Numbered from the stretch's first letter, positions 43,057 to 54,584 are shown. The stretch: DNA of 64,000 nt from an uncultured cyanobacterium (GCA_963749915.1 CAVVOP010000022.1:64001-128000); one strand, 5' to 3'. The notes: generated by a model not told the origin, from the letters alone. Program-made: numbers and translations.

Positions 43057-44199
43057 TTGCTTATGTCTATTTTGCGTTTTAATCCAGCAGTGTTAGTTTT
43101 AGCCGATGGTACATCCTATGAAGGTTATGCTTTTGGTGCAAAAGGTACAACTTTCGGAGAAGTGGTTTTTAACACAGGCATGACAGGTTATCAAGAAGTC
43201 ATGACAGATCCAAGTTATTCTGGTCAAATAGTCACTTTTACCTATCCAGAATTGGGAAATACAGGGGTTAATCCTGAAGATGAAGAATCTTTTAAACCCC
43301 ATATTAAAGGAGTTATTGCCCGTAATATTACCAAAAAACCTAGTAATTGGCGATCAACTCAATCATTACCAGACTATTTAGCAGAACATAAAATTGTTGG
43401 CATTTATGGCATAGATACCCGTGACTTAACCCGTCGTTTACGCTCATCAGGGGCGATGAATGGGGCCATTTCCAGCGAAATCTTAGATCCTGATCAGTTA
43501 TTAGTTCAACTACAAACAGTACCATCTATGGCAGGTTTAAACCTCGTCAAAGAAATAACTACCAAAGAAGTTTATGAGTGGACAGAAGCGACTTCTTCCC
43601 AGTGGGAATTTAGCAATCGAGCCAATTTAGAAGAAGAAAAATTCACCGTTGTCGCCGTTGATTTCGGTGTTAAACGCAATATTTTACGTCGTTTAGCCAG
43701 TTATGGTTGTAAAGTAATTGTTGTCCCTGCCAATACTCCCCCTGAAGAAATTCTCAAATATAATCCTGATGGTATTTTTCTCTCTAATGGTCCCGGAGAT
43801 CCTTCTGCCGTAGCTGAAGGGATTGAAATCACAAGAGTATTGCTAGAGGCAAAAAAACCCACTTTTGGCATTTGTATGGGACATCAAATTCTCGGTTTAT
43901 CTTTAGGTGCAGAAACCTTTAAGCTAAAATTTGGTCATCGAGGCTTAAATCAACCCGCAGGACTAAAGCAAAAAGTCGAAATTACTAGTCAAAATCACGG
44001 TTTTGCGGTGACGGAAGAATCTTTGGGGGCTGATGTAGAGATTACCCATTTTAATTTGAACGATCACACAGTGGCAGGGTTAAAACATAAAACTTTACCC
44101 TTCTTTTCAGTACAATATCATCCTGAAGCGAGTCCGGGTCCTCATGACGCTGATTATTTATTTGAACAGTTCGTCAAGATGATGGGTGAACACAAATAA
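43057..44199 (+). CDS. carA: Carbamoyl-phosphate synthase small subunit
   Basis: [38 protein letters not shown]. Confidence 0.97.
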   Translation: MLMSILRFNPAVLVLADGTSYEGYAFGAKGTTFGEVVFNTGMTGYQEVMTDPSYSGQIVTFTYPELGNTGVNPEDEESFKPHIKGVIARNITKKPSNWRSTQSLPDYLAEHKIVGIYGIDTRDLTRRLRSSGAMNGAISSEILDPDQLLVQLQTVPSMAGLNLVKEITTKEVYEWTEATSSQWEFSNRANLEEEKFTVVAVDFGVKRNILRRLASYGCKVIVVPANTPPEEILKYNPDGIFLSNGPGDPSAVAEGIEITRVLLEAKKPTFGICMGHQILGLSLGAETFKLKFGHRGLNQPAGLKQKVEITSQNHGFAVTEESLGADVEITHFNLNDHTVAGLKHKTLPFFSVQYHPEASPGPHDADYLFEQFVKMMGEHK

Positions 44200-44258
44200 G
44201 TTAATAAGCTTCAGACGCATCTAAGTTACTGATGAAGACGGAGAATGGGTAAATAGTG

Positions 44259-44297
44259 TTAATTGTTAATTGTTAATTATTAATTATTAATTGTTAA
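44259..44297. repeat. Heptamer tandem repeat (TTAATT[G/A])x5, STRR-like
   Basis: Directly visible. Related arrays near 8415, 21968 and 46207. Confidence 0.8.
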
Positions 44298-45205
44298 CGA
44301 TTATTCATTCTCTCAAAACCACTTTTAGTTAAATTGTATCTCGAAGGCTGAGATGAATTAACTCTCACTTCGTCTTCTTGATTATTGATAATAGGAGTAT
44401 CTTTTTCTTCAAGGATGTTTTTCTGCGATTGAACATCTGGTGATACTATTTCCTGAATTGTGCCTTGGGGAGGAATTTCTTCGGGGGAGGTTGCAGATTC
44501 CCCAATTGTGCCTTGGGGGGGAATTTCTCCGGGGGAGGTTGCAGATTCCCCAATTGTGCCTTGGGGAGGAATTTCTCCAGGGGAGGTAAGAGGAGTATCA
44601 ACTTCCTGATTATTACTAGTATTCAGCGAAGGCACAACATTTCCAGCACTGGCGGAATCATAGCTGAAATAAACATGACCTAATGCTTTTCCTTCATAAG
44701 TTCTTCTACTGAAACGCCATCCGGGATTAAGTTGTATTTTCATTGGCTTATCATTTAAACCTTCTGCAGTACCGACTATTATTGGGGGTTGACTGCTATC
44801 TTTGCGATTCATCCCGATCAACAATAAATTACCGTCTCTTTCTACTAAATTAAGAAGAATATCTAAGCCAGAGTCTTCACCATCGTAGCGAATAGAATAA
44901 CCATTAGCATCGGTACTCCGGCGACAATGACCGCTAAAATCGAAGTTAAGTAATAATAAGTCAACATTGACAGGATTCGCCCCGATTTCACTCCAACAAT
45001 TATTTTTACCAGGAACTTGTTCAATGACAATTAAATTGTATTTATTTTCTCCATAGGGTTGTGCTACGGCAATAAATTCATTTTGATTGACTTCTGTTTC
45101 CTCAAAAGTAACCGCTTTGACGGCGTTCAAGGGGAAGAAACTAGATAAGGATAAAGCAGTTAAAGCTAAAACTGACAATTTGTTTGATAGTAATGATTTG
45201 ATCAT
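44294..45205 (-). CDS. DUF3747-domain exported protein
   Basis: Signal peptide, LIVIEQ, CW.E.G, LLLNFDFSGHCRRSTDANGYS, LGHVYF. Confidence 0.8.
   Translation of the reverse strand: MIKSLLSNKLSVLALTALSLSSFFPLNAVKAVTFEETEVNQNEFIAVAQPYGENKYNLIVIEQVPGKNNCWSEIGANPVNVDLLLLNFDFSGHCRRSTDANGYSIRYDGEDSGLDILLNLVERDGNLLLIGMNRKDSSQPPIIVGTAEGLNDKPMKIQLNPGWRFSRRTYEGKALGHVYFSYDSASAGNVVPSLNTSNNQEVDTPLTSPGEIPPQGTIGESATSPGEIPPQGTIGESATSPEEIPPQGTIQEIVSPDVQSQKNILEEKDTPIINNQEDEVRVNSSQPSRYNLTKSGFERMNNR
44456..44587 (-). repeat. 48-bp coding tandem repeat x2.75
   Basis: Encodes TSPGEIPPQGTIGESA repeats. Confidence 0.92.
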
Positions 45206-45633
45206 AGTTATTATGAGGATTTTATTTGAAATACAGTTAGTATTATTGTATTTTGTATGGAATAGTTAAGTAGTTGTCTTTAAGGAATTTATTTTATTTC
45301 CCTATTGTAGAGTTATACCACTTGACTTATAGATCATGAACCATGTTCCGAAAAATTTTTAAGATTTACCCTACTTTACTCTATTTTTATGGGGAGAATA
45401 TAGGAAACTAGGGTTTTTACGTTAACAAAATTAGAGACACCTTGAACTTTAAGTACAAGATGTCCCCACATTTTATATTAATTTATTTATGGTTAAGGTC
45501 TTTATATAAGCTGACCCAAATTCATCTTCGAGAACTATAATCCCACGTTTTTAAAGTTCTAGTTATTTTCTTAATCTTTTCTTTAGATTTTGTGAATGAG
45601 TGTCACAAAATGTTAACTATTACTAACTTAATA

Positions 45634-46149
45634 TTAACTTTTGTAAATGGTAACACCTAACTTTTGGGAGAACCACACTTCAAAATTGCGTATAGAAAAA
45701 GGTTTTGTTTTTTCAAGTTCGACCATCGGCTCAACTAAGATGGTAAACATTCCCAAACGATTGCCTGCCAAAACGTCAGTAAATAAGCGATCCCCCACCA
45801 TCGCAACTTGTTCAACGGGATGATTCATGGTATTAACTGCATGTCGGAGTTTACGGCGGGAGGGTTTACCGGCACCAAAAATAAAGGGTAAATCTAAACT
45901 AGAGGCAATAGTCCCAATACGATTTTGACTAAGATTATTACTAACTAACCATAAATCGACTATTTGACGCACTTCTGTAACCCAACTGATTAACTCGGGG
46001 GATAACTGTTTTTCATTCCAAGGTACAAGAGTTTCATCAACATCTAAGACTAACCCCTTAAGATTGTGTCTTTGAATTAAACTAGGACTAAGATGAATAA
46101 CAATATCCCCTAAAACTAAATCAGGTTGTAAAATTTTTGCTTTGGACAT
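45634..46149 (-). CDS. YqeG-family HAD IIIA phosphatase
   Basis: DVDETL, VSNN, KP, VGDRLFTDV. Confidence 0.92.
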   Translation of the reverse strand: MSKAKILQPDLVLGDIVIHLSPSLIQRHNLKGLVLDVDETLVPWNEKQLSPELISWVTEVRQIVDLWLVSNNLSQNRIGTIASSLDLPFIFGAGKPSRRKLRHAVNTMNHPVEQVAMVGDRLFTDVLAGNRLGMFTILVEPMVELEKTKPFSIRNFEVWFSQKLGVTIYKS

Positions 46150-46314
46150 GATAAAAATAATTGATAGTTGATACTGGAGGGAACACGAAACACTATAAAG
46201 TCGTCATTAATTGTTAATTGTTAATTAATTTTTCATTGTCCATTATTAACTGCCTCAGTAGCCAAAAGTTTAAGTTAAACTAAATAAAAAGAAATTAATG
46301 TCGAAAAAACAACT

Positions 46315-46920
46315 ATGAGTGAAAATTTACCAGAACATGAGCGGCCGAATATTATTACTAAAGAGGAAAATCCTTGGGCAGAAATATTGAAAACTATAGG
46401 CATGGCAGCAGTTTTATCTTTTGGTATTCGTACCTTTGTGGCCGAAGCTCGATATATTCCCTCATCTTCTATGGAGCCCACCTTACAAATAAATGATCGC
46501 TTAATTATCGAAAAAATGAGTTATCGTTTCCATCAACCGGAAAGAGGTGATGTAGTTGTTTTTAACGCCACAGAAGCCCTACAAGCTGAACATTTTAACG
46601 ATGCTTTTATCAAGAGAATTATTGGTTTACCTGGAGATGAGGTAAAAGTTCGTAACGGTCAAGTAATAGTAAACAATGAAGTATTAAGAGAAGCCTATAT
46701 AAAAGAGGCTCCCCAGTACGATTATGGTCCAGTAATTGTTCCTGAAGATCAATATTTGGTATTAGGAGATAATCGTAACAATAGCTATGATTCTCATTAC
46801 TGGGGATTTGTGCCTCGGAATAAATTTATTGGTCGTGCTTCTGTTCGTTTTTGGCCTCCCGACAGAATGGGCCTAATTGACGAAAAACCCGCCTATGCGG
46901 ATACTCCCCAGAAGAATTAA
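46315..46920 (+). CDS. lepB: Signal peptidase I
   Basis: IPSSSMEPTL, FIKRIIG, GDNRNNSYDS. Confidence 0.95.
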   Translation: MSENLPEHERPNIITKEENPWAEILKTIGMAAVLSFGIRTFVAEARYIPSSSMEPTLQINDRLIIEKMSYRFHQPERGDVVVFNATEALQAEHFNDAFIKRIIGLPGDEVKVRNGQVIVNNEVLREAYIKEAPQYDYGPVIVPEDQYLVLGDNRNNSYDSHYWGFVPRNKFIGRASVRFWPPDRMGLIDEKPAYADTPQKN

Positions 46921-47113
46921 TAAGGAAAGGAAAGTTCGCCTCTCTCAACTCAAGGCGAATTGTTAATTATTCTATCGATTTAACACGAGCAATGACTTAG
47001 CAATGTAGGATTAACTCTGGTGCAATTATTTGTTACTGGTCAATCAAGATTAATATTCAATGATCTTTTCGTGTGTCAGAAATTAAAGCTGAAAGCAAAA
47101 TTAAGCAGATTCG

Positions 47114-49120
47114 ATGAGTAATCCTAATTCTGTCGTTACCGAGCTATTAACCGCCTTTCCCCAATGGCGTACTCAAATGTATTTTAAGTCTTCTTTAACG
47201 GCCCTTTCTCATGCGATGGAAGATCAGGTTTTAGCTAGTGATGAACAACCTTTAATTATTGCTAGTTTTCAAAAAGAAAGATTTTATCGTCAAGAAGCTC
47301 ATCGCTACCAGCGTATTGGCAAACTTTCTCCTCATGTTTATGTTTTGGCGGCACCGGAGACAGAGTTTAGTAGTATGTCTGATGTTTATGAAAAGGTAGC
47401 TTTTCCACAAGAAGATGCTTTGAGTCAGGAATGGCATTTAGTAGTAATTGCCAAAAATTACGCTAATTGTTTGATTTGTCGGGAAAAAACCCATTTACCA
47501 AAAACTAGGGTTGAAGAAACTGCGATGGATAACAGTCGTCGTTTTGAAGGTATTTGGACTTTCGATCGTCAAGTAAGTCAAAAAGCAGGGGCAATTTTAT
47601 TGCATCGTATCCCTAACTATCGTCCCGAATTGAAACGGAAAATTAATCGGGCATTGAAGCTATATTGTCCGGAAGTTAAAAATTCACCCAATTCTGCTCA
47701 GTTGCCTCTTTTTGACTCTCCCATAGTAAATCCTGATCCTTTTGTGCAAAGATTGGTTACTTATTTACAAGCAGGACAATACAAACTCATCAAAGCTAAT
47801 CGTTTTTTGAGTGTTAAAGAGAAAAAAGAACGGTTACTTAATTCTGTTACGAGTGCAATACGGCGATCCCTCAATCCCCAAGAAATTTTACAAGTAGCGG
47901 TAGATAAACTAGGAGAAGGTTTGGGGGTGTGCCGTTGTTTGATTTATCGCTGTCAGGAAACGGATTTAAACGCTAAAATTCATCATGAGTTTTTAAATGA
48001 AAAAATTGATTCCCTCAAAGGGAAAACTTGGCCTCTGAAAGATAATCCTTTATTTCAAGAAGTATTAGTGGTCAGAGAATCCATTAGTATTGATGATGTT
48101 ACCATTGATCCCCGTGTTCAGGATCACTCATCTGAGTTATCGCAATTAATCACCAGTTGCTCGATTATGTCATGGTTGATGGTGCCCATACTCTACCAAG
48201 GAAAATTATTAGGAATGATGGAGTTACACCATTGTGATTCTATTCCTATCACCTGGAAATCCGAAGATATTGCCCTGGTGGATGCCATTGCCACTCAAGT
48301 GGGAGTTGCCTTAATCCAAGCAGAATCTTACGCTAATTTAGAAAATCTTAACGAACAACTAGAAGCTCTCGATCGCACTCGTTCTAATTTAGTAGCCATT
48401 ACGGGACATGAATTACGCACCCCTTTATCAACTATTCAGGTATGTTTAGAAAGTTTGGCTAATGAGCCTGATATGTCCGAGGAGTTACGTCAAGTAATGT
48501 TAAGTACAGCCTTAGATGATGCCGAAAGAATGCGTAAATTAGTGCAAGATTTTCTTACCCTCTCCCAGCTCGAAGGTGGTACGGTGGAATGGAATCCTGA
48601 ACCGTTATCCTTAGAAGAATGTATCGATTTATCATTATCCCATATTCGTTCTCGACAGGATCAAAGTGTTATACCTACCATTAAAAACTTAGTGGTGGAT
48701 GAGTTACCTTTAGTACAAGCCGATGGAGAATGGTTAGTAGAAGTATTGAGTAAGTTATTGGATAATGCTTGTAAATTTACTGATGGTAGCGGACAAATTA
48801 CTATTCAAGCGGAAGAAATAGACGAGGACAACTTAGAGGTAACGGTGTCAGATAACGGTAGAGGTATCGAACCTGATAGATTAGATCAAGTATTCGATCG
48901 ATTTTACCAAGAAGAAGGGGCATTAAGACGATCGGCCGGTGGTACAGGATTGGGATTAGCTATTTGTCGGCAAATAGTCAAAAATTGGGGGGGCAGAATC
49001 TGGGCGGAATCCGTAGGCAAAAATCTCGGAAGTAAATTTCATTTTACCGTGCCAAAATTTAACAGTACCAATACATCTCCGATAAACTCTAATACAGTGA
49101 AGAAAAATCGTCGGCGGTGA
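47114..49120 (+). CDS. DICT-GAF sensor histidine kinase
   Basis: SLTALSHAMED/EWHLV DICT motifs, GAF, HELRTPL, DNACKF, GTGLGL. Confidence 0.9.
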   Translation: MSNPNSVVTELLTAFPQWRTQMYFKSSLTALSHAMEDQVLASDEQPLIIASFQKERFYRQEAHRYQRIGKLSPHVYVLAAPETEFSSMSDVYEKVAFPQEDALSQEWHLVVIAKNYANCLICREKTHLPKTRVEETAMDNSRRFEGIWTFDRQVSQKAGAILLHRIPNYRPELKRKINRALKLYCPEVKNSPNSAQLPLFDSPIVNPDPFVQRLVTYLQAGQYKLIKANRFLSVKEKKERLLNSVTSAIRRSLNPQEILQVAVDKLGEGLGVCRCLIYRCQETDLNAKIHHEFLNEKIDSLKGKTWPLKDNPLFQEVLVVRESISIDDVTIDPRVQDHSSELSQLITSCSIMSWLMVPILYQGKLLGMMELHHCDSIPITWKSEDIALVDAIATQVGVALIQAESYANLENLNEQLEALDRTRSNLVAITGHELRTPLSTIQVCLESLANEPDMSEELRQVMLSTALDDAERMRKLVQDFLTLSQLEGGTVEWNPEPLSLEECIDLSLSHIRSRQDQSVIPTIKNLVVDELPLVQADGEWLVEVLSKLLDNACKFTDGSGQITIQAEEIDEDNLEVTVSDNGRGIEPDRLDQVFDRFYQEEGALRRSAGGTGLGLAICRQIVKNWGGRIWAESVGKNLGSKFHFTVPKFNSTNTSPINSNTVKKNRRR

Positions 49121-49267
49121 TCTCAAGACAGTTAAAACCATTGTCAGAGTCCTTATTCCCTATTTCCCACTCTGACGACAATACTTTTTCGAAAAACCCT
49201 AATTATTTGATAGACTTCTTAGTATAATAAGGATTTGTGACTAAATATTGAAAATCAAAACCTATTT

Positions 49268-49588
49268 ATGACAACCATCTATACAGTAGAAATTATTAAC
49301 GAAGGTCAAACTTATACAATACAAGTGCCCAAAGATCAAAAAATCTTAGAGGTAGCGGAAAAAGAAAACCTTAATTTACCGAACTCTTGTAATGCTGGAG
49401 TTTGTACTACCTGTGCCGCCAAAATTATCAGCGGTGAAGTAGAACAAAGTGAGGGTATGGGATTATCCCTTGAGTTACAAGGAGAAGGTTATGCTTTATT
49501 ATGTGTTTCTTATCCTCGTTCTAATTTAAAACTCGAAACAGGAAAAGAGGACGAGGTTTACGATCGCCAATTTGGCAAAGCTAGTTAA
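49268..49588 (+). CDS. 2Fe-2S plant-type ferredoxin (Fed3-like)
   Basis: CNAGVCTTC...LLC, EDEVYDRQFG tail. Confidence 0.93.
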   Translation: MTTIYTVEIINEGQTYTIQVPKDQKILEVAEKENLNLPNSCNAGVCTTCAAKIISGEVEQSEGMGLSLELQGEGYALLCVSYPRSNLKLETGKEDEVYDRQFGKAS

Positions 49589-49616
49589 TGGCTAAAGTTT
49601 AGACTAATTTGGCACG

Positions 49617-49655
49617 TTGACATCCTCTCCGCCGTAAAATGGGCGGGGATTCCCC
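49617..49655 (+). mobile_element. Possible IS200/IS605-family end remnant (hairpin)
   Basis: TTGAC-ATCCTCTCCGCC-GTAAAATG-GGCGGGGATTCC. Resemblance from memory only; no transposase nearby. Confidence 0.45.
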
Positions 49656-49698
49656 TAGAACAAACTTAACTGTTTGTGTCTAGCAGTGGGTGAAAAAA

Positions 49699-51039
49699 CT
49701 AATAATTAAATAATTTTGACTTACGCGTACTACTACACCATCTAAATAAAACTTTACCTAATAATTGAGAATTATGGCGTACATAGGTATCATCCGGATT
49801 CTGACTCATAATATTAGCCTTGACAATCCTTCTCCCTAGTTTAATCACTTCTTCTCTGTCAAGATATACTGGATGACAATGTTTTTCAGCATATTTTCTC
49901 AGCACATCTTCAGAAGGTAATCGCCCTTGGACTAATACAGCGTCAAAGATTTTACCACCACACACTTGATCAATGGCACGAATATGATCACCAACGGTAT
50001 AACCGTCGGTTTCGCCTTTTTGAGTCATAATATTGCAGACATAAATTTTGGGAGCTGAACTTCTGGCGATCGCCGCTCTAATTTCAGGCACTAATAAATT
50101 AGGGATAATGCTTGTGTATAAACTACCCGGTCCTAAAATGATATATTCTGCTTGTTCAATGGCTTTAATGACCGCAGGAGTGGCGGGAGGATGAGGAGGA
50201 TGACAACCCACTTCGACAATTTTACCCCCAACTTCGGGAATGTTAGACTCTCCCTCGACAATCTTACCATCGGTAAATCTCGCCCACAAACTTACATCGG
50301 ATAAAGTGGCAGGTAAAACTTTACCCCGAATAGCCAATACTTTTGCACTAGCATCGATCGCTCCGACTAAATCTCCTGTAATTTCATTTAAAGCCGTTAA
50401 AAATAAATTACCGAAACTATGACCATTTAAACCTTCTCCCGCCGTAAAACGATATTGAAATAATTCCGTTAGCAACTTTTCCTCATCAGCCAAAGAAGCG
50501 ATACAGTTACGAATGTCTCCTGGCGGTAAAACCCCCATTTCCCTGCGTAATCTTCCAGAAGAACCTCCATCATCTGCTACTGTAACAATCGCCGTAATAT
50601 TAGCACTATAATCCTTAATTCCTCGTAATAAAGTCGATAAACCGGTACCACCACCAATGGCGACAATTTTTGTCCCTCTATTGAGACGGCGATAATTCCA
50701 AAGGACATCTATCAATTCTTCATCATTATTAGGTTTTAACACCTCGGTGATTGAGCCAAAAGTACGAGTTTGACCCCAATATAATAAAAATAAACCAAAA
50801 ATGATCACCACAGGACCAGAAATATAACTGGGGACGTTATTCGTAATTTTATTGAGAATACCAATGATAAAGTCAAGAAAACGATAGGTAGGAGTCAATT
50901 TAGTCCAAATGGCTAAACCTAAAACTACCATGACAATGCCAATTATACTGGTGAGTAACCAACGTTTGACGAGAATACCCGGAGATAACCATTTATATAA
51001 GTGATTGACTTTTTTACGACCGTTACGATGATTAACCAT
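49699..51039 (-). CDS. YvcK/GlmR (gluconeogenesis factor) family protein with N-terminal TMs
   Basis: [32 protein letters not shown]. Confidence 0.92.
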   Translation of the reverse strand: MVNHRNGRKKVNHLYKWLSPGILVKRWLLTSIIGIVMVVLGLAIWTKLTPTYRFLDFIIGILNKITNNVPSYISGPVVIIFGLFLLYWGQTRTFGSITEVLKPNNDEELIDVLWNYRRLNRGTKIVAIGGGTGLSTLLRGIKDYSANITAIVTVADDGGSSGRLRREMGVLPPGDIRNCIASLADEEKLLTELFQYRFTAGEGLNGHSFGNLFLTALNEITGDLVGAIDASAKVLAIRGKVLPATLSDVSLWARFTDGKIVEGESNIPEVGGKIVEVGCHPPHPPATPAVIKAIEQAEYIILGPGSLYTSIIPNLLVPEIRAAIARSSAPKIYVCNIMTQKGETDGYTVGDHIRAIDQVCGGKIFDAVLVQGRLPSEDVLRKYAEKHCHPVYLDREEVIKLGRRIVKANIMSQNPDDTYVRHNSQLLGKVLFRWCSSTRKSKLFNY

Positions 51040-51316
51040 AAAAGTGGAAGATTATAACAATTAATTCCTTATTGGTAATAGATTATAGTTGATAGTTAAG
51101 AAAGGCAACAGTTAACGGGCAATAAACCATGAACCATGACAAAAAGTAATACTGCTATGGTCAAACAGGAAGTGGACTTCTGGCAGGAAAAATCAACTCC
51201 ACAATCCGAATTATTAGCTCAAATTAGGGTACCAGTTAATTGTGAATTTTTCATTTAGAAATGTTAGTATACTGAATAATCTAAGTGAAAACCGCAATAT
51301 TTTATAAAAAATTATT

Positions 51317-52075
51317 ATGTTACTCAGTCAATTAGATAATATCGGCGAAAAAACTATCAATAAAATTGCGGAGATGGCTTTGAAAAGTCAAATCAAAAAT
51401 TTTCAACACTTAAATGTACAGGTAAAAACTGATCCCCATAAATTGTCGAAGGGAATTTTAGAGTCTTTAAATATTGATGGTTATGGTTTGGAGATGCAAA
51501 AGGATTTACGGCTAGAAAAAATGCAGATTACTTTAAATGATATCGCTGTCAGTCCTCTAAAAGCTTTAATGGGCAATGTACAATTAACTCAGCCTAGTCA
51601 AGGAAAGGCTTGTGTTGTTTTGAGCGAGAAAGACATCGAAACGGCTTTAAATATAGATAACCTTAACCAACACTTACAAAAACATTATATTCGCCATCAT
51701 CAAAGTGTGGAAGTGAAATTCTGTCGAGTAGATTGTCGTATTCTTGCTGATGGTAGAATTGTAATTAAAGTCAAATTAAAAATGGCAAATAGTCAAACTG
51801 TCGAGAGTATTTGTTTGATCATTAAGCCTTGTATATGTAAAAGTGGTCAAGGCATATTTTTAGATAGGGTTAGATGTACTCAAGGTGAAAAGTTTTCCCC
51901 CATTCTCGTTAATGGCATTTTGAAAGAGTCGGCAAAAATTTTAAATCTGGATAACTTTCTCATGGATGGTATTTCCCTCGAAGTAAATCATTTAACCATG
52001 GAAGAAGGAAAACTTAATCTTTTAGCCATTGCGGGAATAACCCATCTACCAAAAATTAGTCGCTGTACAAATTAA
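51317..52075 (+). CDS. DUF2993 (LmeA-like) protein
   Basis: IGEKTINKIAE.ALKSQ, VKTDP..L..G, LTQPSQG pattern. Confidence 0.75.
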   Translation: MLLSQLDNIGEKTINKIAEMALKSQIKNFQHLNVQVKTDPHKLSKGILESLNIDGYGLEMQKDLRLEKMQITLNDIAVSPLKALMGNVQLTQPSQGKACVVLSEKDIETALNIDNLNQHLQKHYIRHHQSVEVKFCRVDCRILADGRIVIKVKLKMANSQTVESICLIIKPCICKSGQGIFLDRVRCTQGEKFSPILVNGILKESAKILNLDNFLMDGISLEVNHLTMEEGKLNLLAIAGITHLPKISRCTN

Positions 52076-52209
52076 AAAGCCTTTGACGAGGATTGAAGTT
52101 GTGAGTTTCTCCTGTTTTATTTTTTTGGCTATAGTTTTGCACTAAAAAGGCAACAAAATCAATTACTTCTTTAGAACTTAGGCATCGTACAAAAGAACTA
52201 TCTTATGTA

Positions 52210-52392
52210 TTAAGGTAAATACGTTGTTTCAGGCTTTTGGAGGTCGCTTTTGATAGCTGGCGATCGCTTGTTTTGACTCAACTCACTTTTTCGCATTGTT
52301 CCCTTCCCTTTGTGGGTAACCATGGGAACGTCACCTTCTCCAAAGAGAATAAAACGCAGTAAATATTGAATCGAATTGCCCTCTGACCAACC
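52210..52392 (-). pseudogene. Probable C-terminal remnant of an amino-acid transporter gene
   Basis: GWSEGNSIQYLLRFILFGEGD...MRKSE...RSPAI resembles, from memory, the C-terminus of a cyanobacterial amino-acid permease family; upstream part absent. Confidence 0.45.
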
Positions 52393-52513
52393 ATTTTGAG
52401 AATTTACAAGGGTTGTAACTTGAGACAGAAACCTAAGTTTAAGTAGGTAGGTCGACTTTTTACCGTCCAGTCTTTTGATTATTCTCAATAAATTATTATC
52501 TCACAGATTTTGT

Positions 52514-54212
52514 ATGCAAAAGTTAACATTTTTTCTGAGTTTAATTATTCTGACGAGCTATTCTACTATCGGTTTAGCTCAAATCTTCCCACGACTTAAT
52601 CCTCCTCCCCTCAATCCTTCTCCCGATATTCAACCATTACCCCCCATTGATGACATTTTGCCTACATCTCCAGAAATAACCCCCTTTCCCTCTTCTCCTC
52701 TTGACAATGTAAATAATGAAATCACAGTCAAAGAATTTAAGAATCATCGGTAGCACTGTTTTTAGTGAAGAAACATTACAAAAAATTTTACAACCTTACA
52801 CTAATACTCTTATTTCTTTCCATCAATTGGTGGAAGCCCAAGAAAAAATTACCCAATTATATTTTGATAATGGTTATATCACCTCTGGTGCATTTATTCC
52901 TCAACAAACTATGTCTAAGGAGAATAGTGTAGTTACCATTCAAGTTATTGAAGGTAAAGTTGAATCTATCGAAATTAATGGTTTACACCGTCTTCAAGCT
53001 AATTATATTCGCAGTCGTTTAGCCATTGGTGCGCAATCTCCTTTAAATCAACAGAAATTACTCCAATCTTTGCAACTACTACAAGTCAATCCCCTTCTTT
53101 CTCGAATTTCTGCCGAATTGATACCGGGTAAAACTTTTGGGAGTAACATTCTTCGAGTAAATACAAGGGAGGCTAATGCGTTTCATATCTTAGCCAGTTA
53201 TGACAATTATCGTAATCCCAGTGTCGGCACCAATCGCATTTTAGGGCAGATAACTCATGATAACCTAATAGGATGGGGCGATCGGTTTAATCTAACTTAC
53301 TATCATACTGACGGCAGTGATAGTTTTGATAATATTAGTTACAATTTACCGATTAATCCCCAAAATGGCACGATTGGCTTTACTTTTCGCAATAGTGATT
53401 CCAAAGTTATTTACCCTGAAATTTTTGAGCCTTTTGACTTAGAATCTTATTATCAAAAATATGAATTTACCTATCGTCAACCTATCTACCAAACTGCTAA
53501 TCAAGAATTTGTTTTAGGCATTACTGCCGATTGGCAACATAGTAGTAATTATTTCCTCGGTGAGCCTTTTCCTCTATCTCGTGGTGCTGATAGTGAAGGT
53601 AAAACCAGAATTTTTGCCGTCAGATTTTTTCAAGAGTATAATGTTCGTAGCCAAAAAGAAGTTTTTATTGCTAGATCTCAATTTAGTTTTGGCATAAATG
53701 CTTTTGGTTCGACAAATAATCCAGATGGACGACCTGACAGTAATTTTATTGTTTGGCGAGGACAGGGTCAATACCTAAATTTGTTGACTCCCGATGTGAT
53801 CTTATTACTGCGTTCTGATCTGCAATTTGCTAATCAAACTTTACTCCCTTTAGAGCAATTTAGTCTAGGCGGAGTTTATACTGTACGAGGTTACTCTCAA
53901 GATGCCTTACTTGCGGATAACGGTTTTTTTGCTTCCGCCGAATTACGGGCGAATATCCTGAAAATTCCCGAATGGCAAACTATTTTACAAATATCCCCTT
54001 TCTTTGATTTTGGTACAGTGTCGAATAATAACGACATTCCCTTACAAAAAAATAGTCTCTGTAGTGTAGGTTTAGGCTTAAAACTATTAATTCACGATAT
54101 TTTTTCTGCCAGAATTGACTATGGTATTCCCCTCATAAGTTTAGATGATGATAACAACACTTTACAAGGAGATGGTATTTATTTTTCTTTTGAATTAACA
54201 CCTTTTAAATAA
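52514..54212 (+). pseudogene. ShlB/FhaC/HecB (TpsB) outer-membrane transporter with +1 frameshift
   Basis: Signal peptide and Pro-rich linker (52514-) switch frame at TTTAAGAATC (~52740) into IIGSTVFS POTRA. Also has GYITSGA, VRGY and a terminal barrel strand. Confidence 0.85.
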
Positions 54213-54303
54213 TCAAAAAATCATGAAAATTAAATTGTATTTAAGGTTTGGTAAAAATGGCTTTTTCGCCAAACCCCAAAGTAATTAATTCGGTAAGCAG
54301 AGA

Positions 54304-54416
54304 CTAGTGGTCTGTCAAGATAGTTTTGAGGGACTGGGAACGGATAATTTTGGATTTTGGATTTTGGATTTTGGAGGATTGTTTTATCCCTCATTTCAAA
54401 ATTGGCAGACCACTAG
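54304..54416. mobile_element. MITE copy 2 (113 bp)
   Basis: Same TIRs as 37745 with (TTTTGGA)x4. Confidence 0.85.
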
Positions 54417-54584
54417 TGTAGCCTCAAACAACGCAAAATCGTTCAATTGGAGGTTATGTCAGTAGCTGATTTGTCCAAAGTCCAAAATCCTAAAAGTGTT
54501 TTCCTAAGATGTTGGTAGCATTTATTTCCCTTAATAAATAGGATCTGCGAAAAAATGCTGATTTGAGCTGATAAGTAAGTAGAT

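Noticed and set aside
44456..44587. Possible CRISPR array
   Set aside because: Head-to-tail in-frame coding repeats with no unique spacers, and no cas genes in the window.
45437..45464. Hairpin GACACCTTG...CAAGATGTC as an sRNA
   Set aside because: Adequately explained as a terminator-like stem downstream of the yqeG-family gene; no other support.
51136..51258. 40-codon ORF MTKSNTAMVKQEVDFWQEK...
   Set aside because: No RBS or recognisable similarity; lies in a divergent promoter region next to heptamer repeats.
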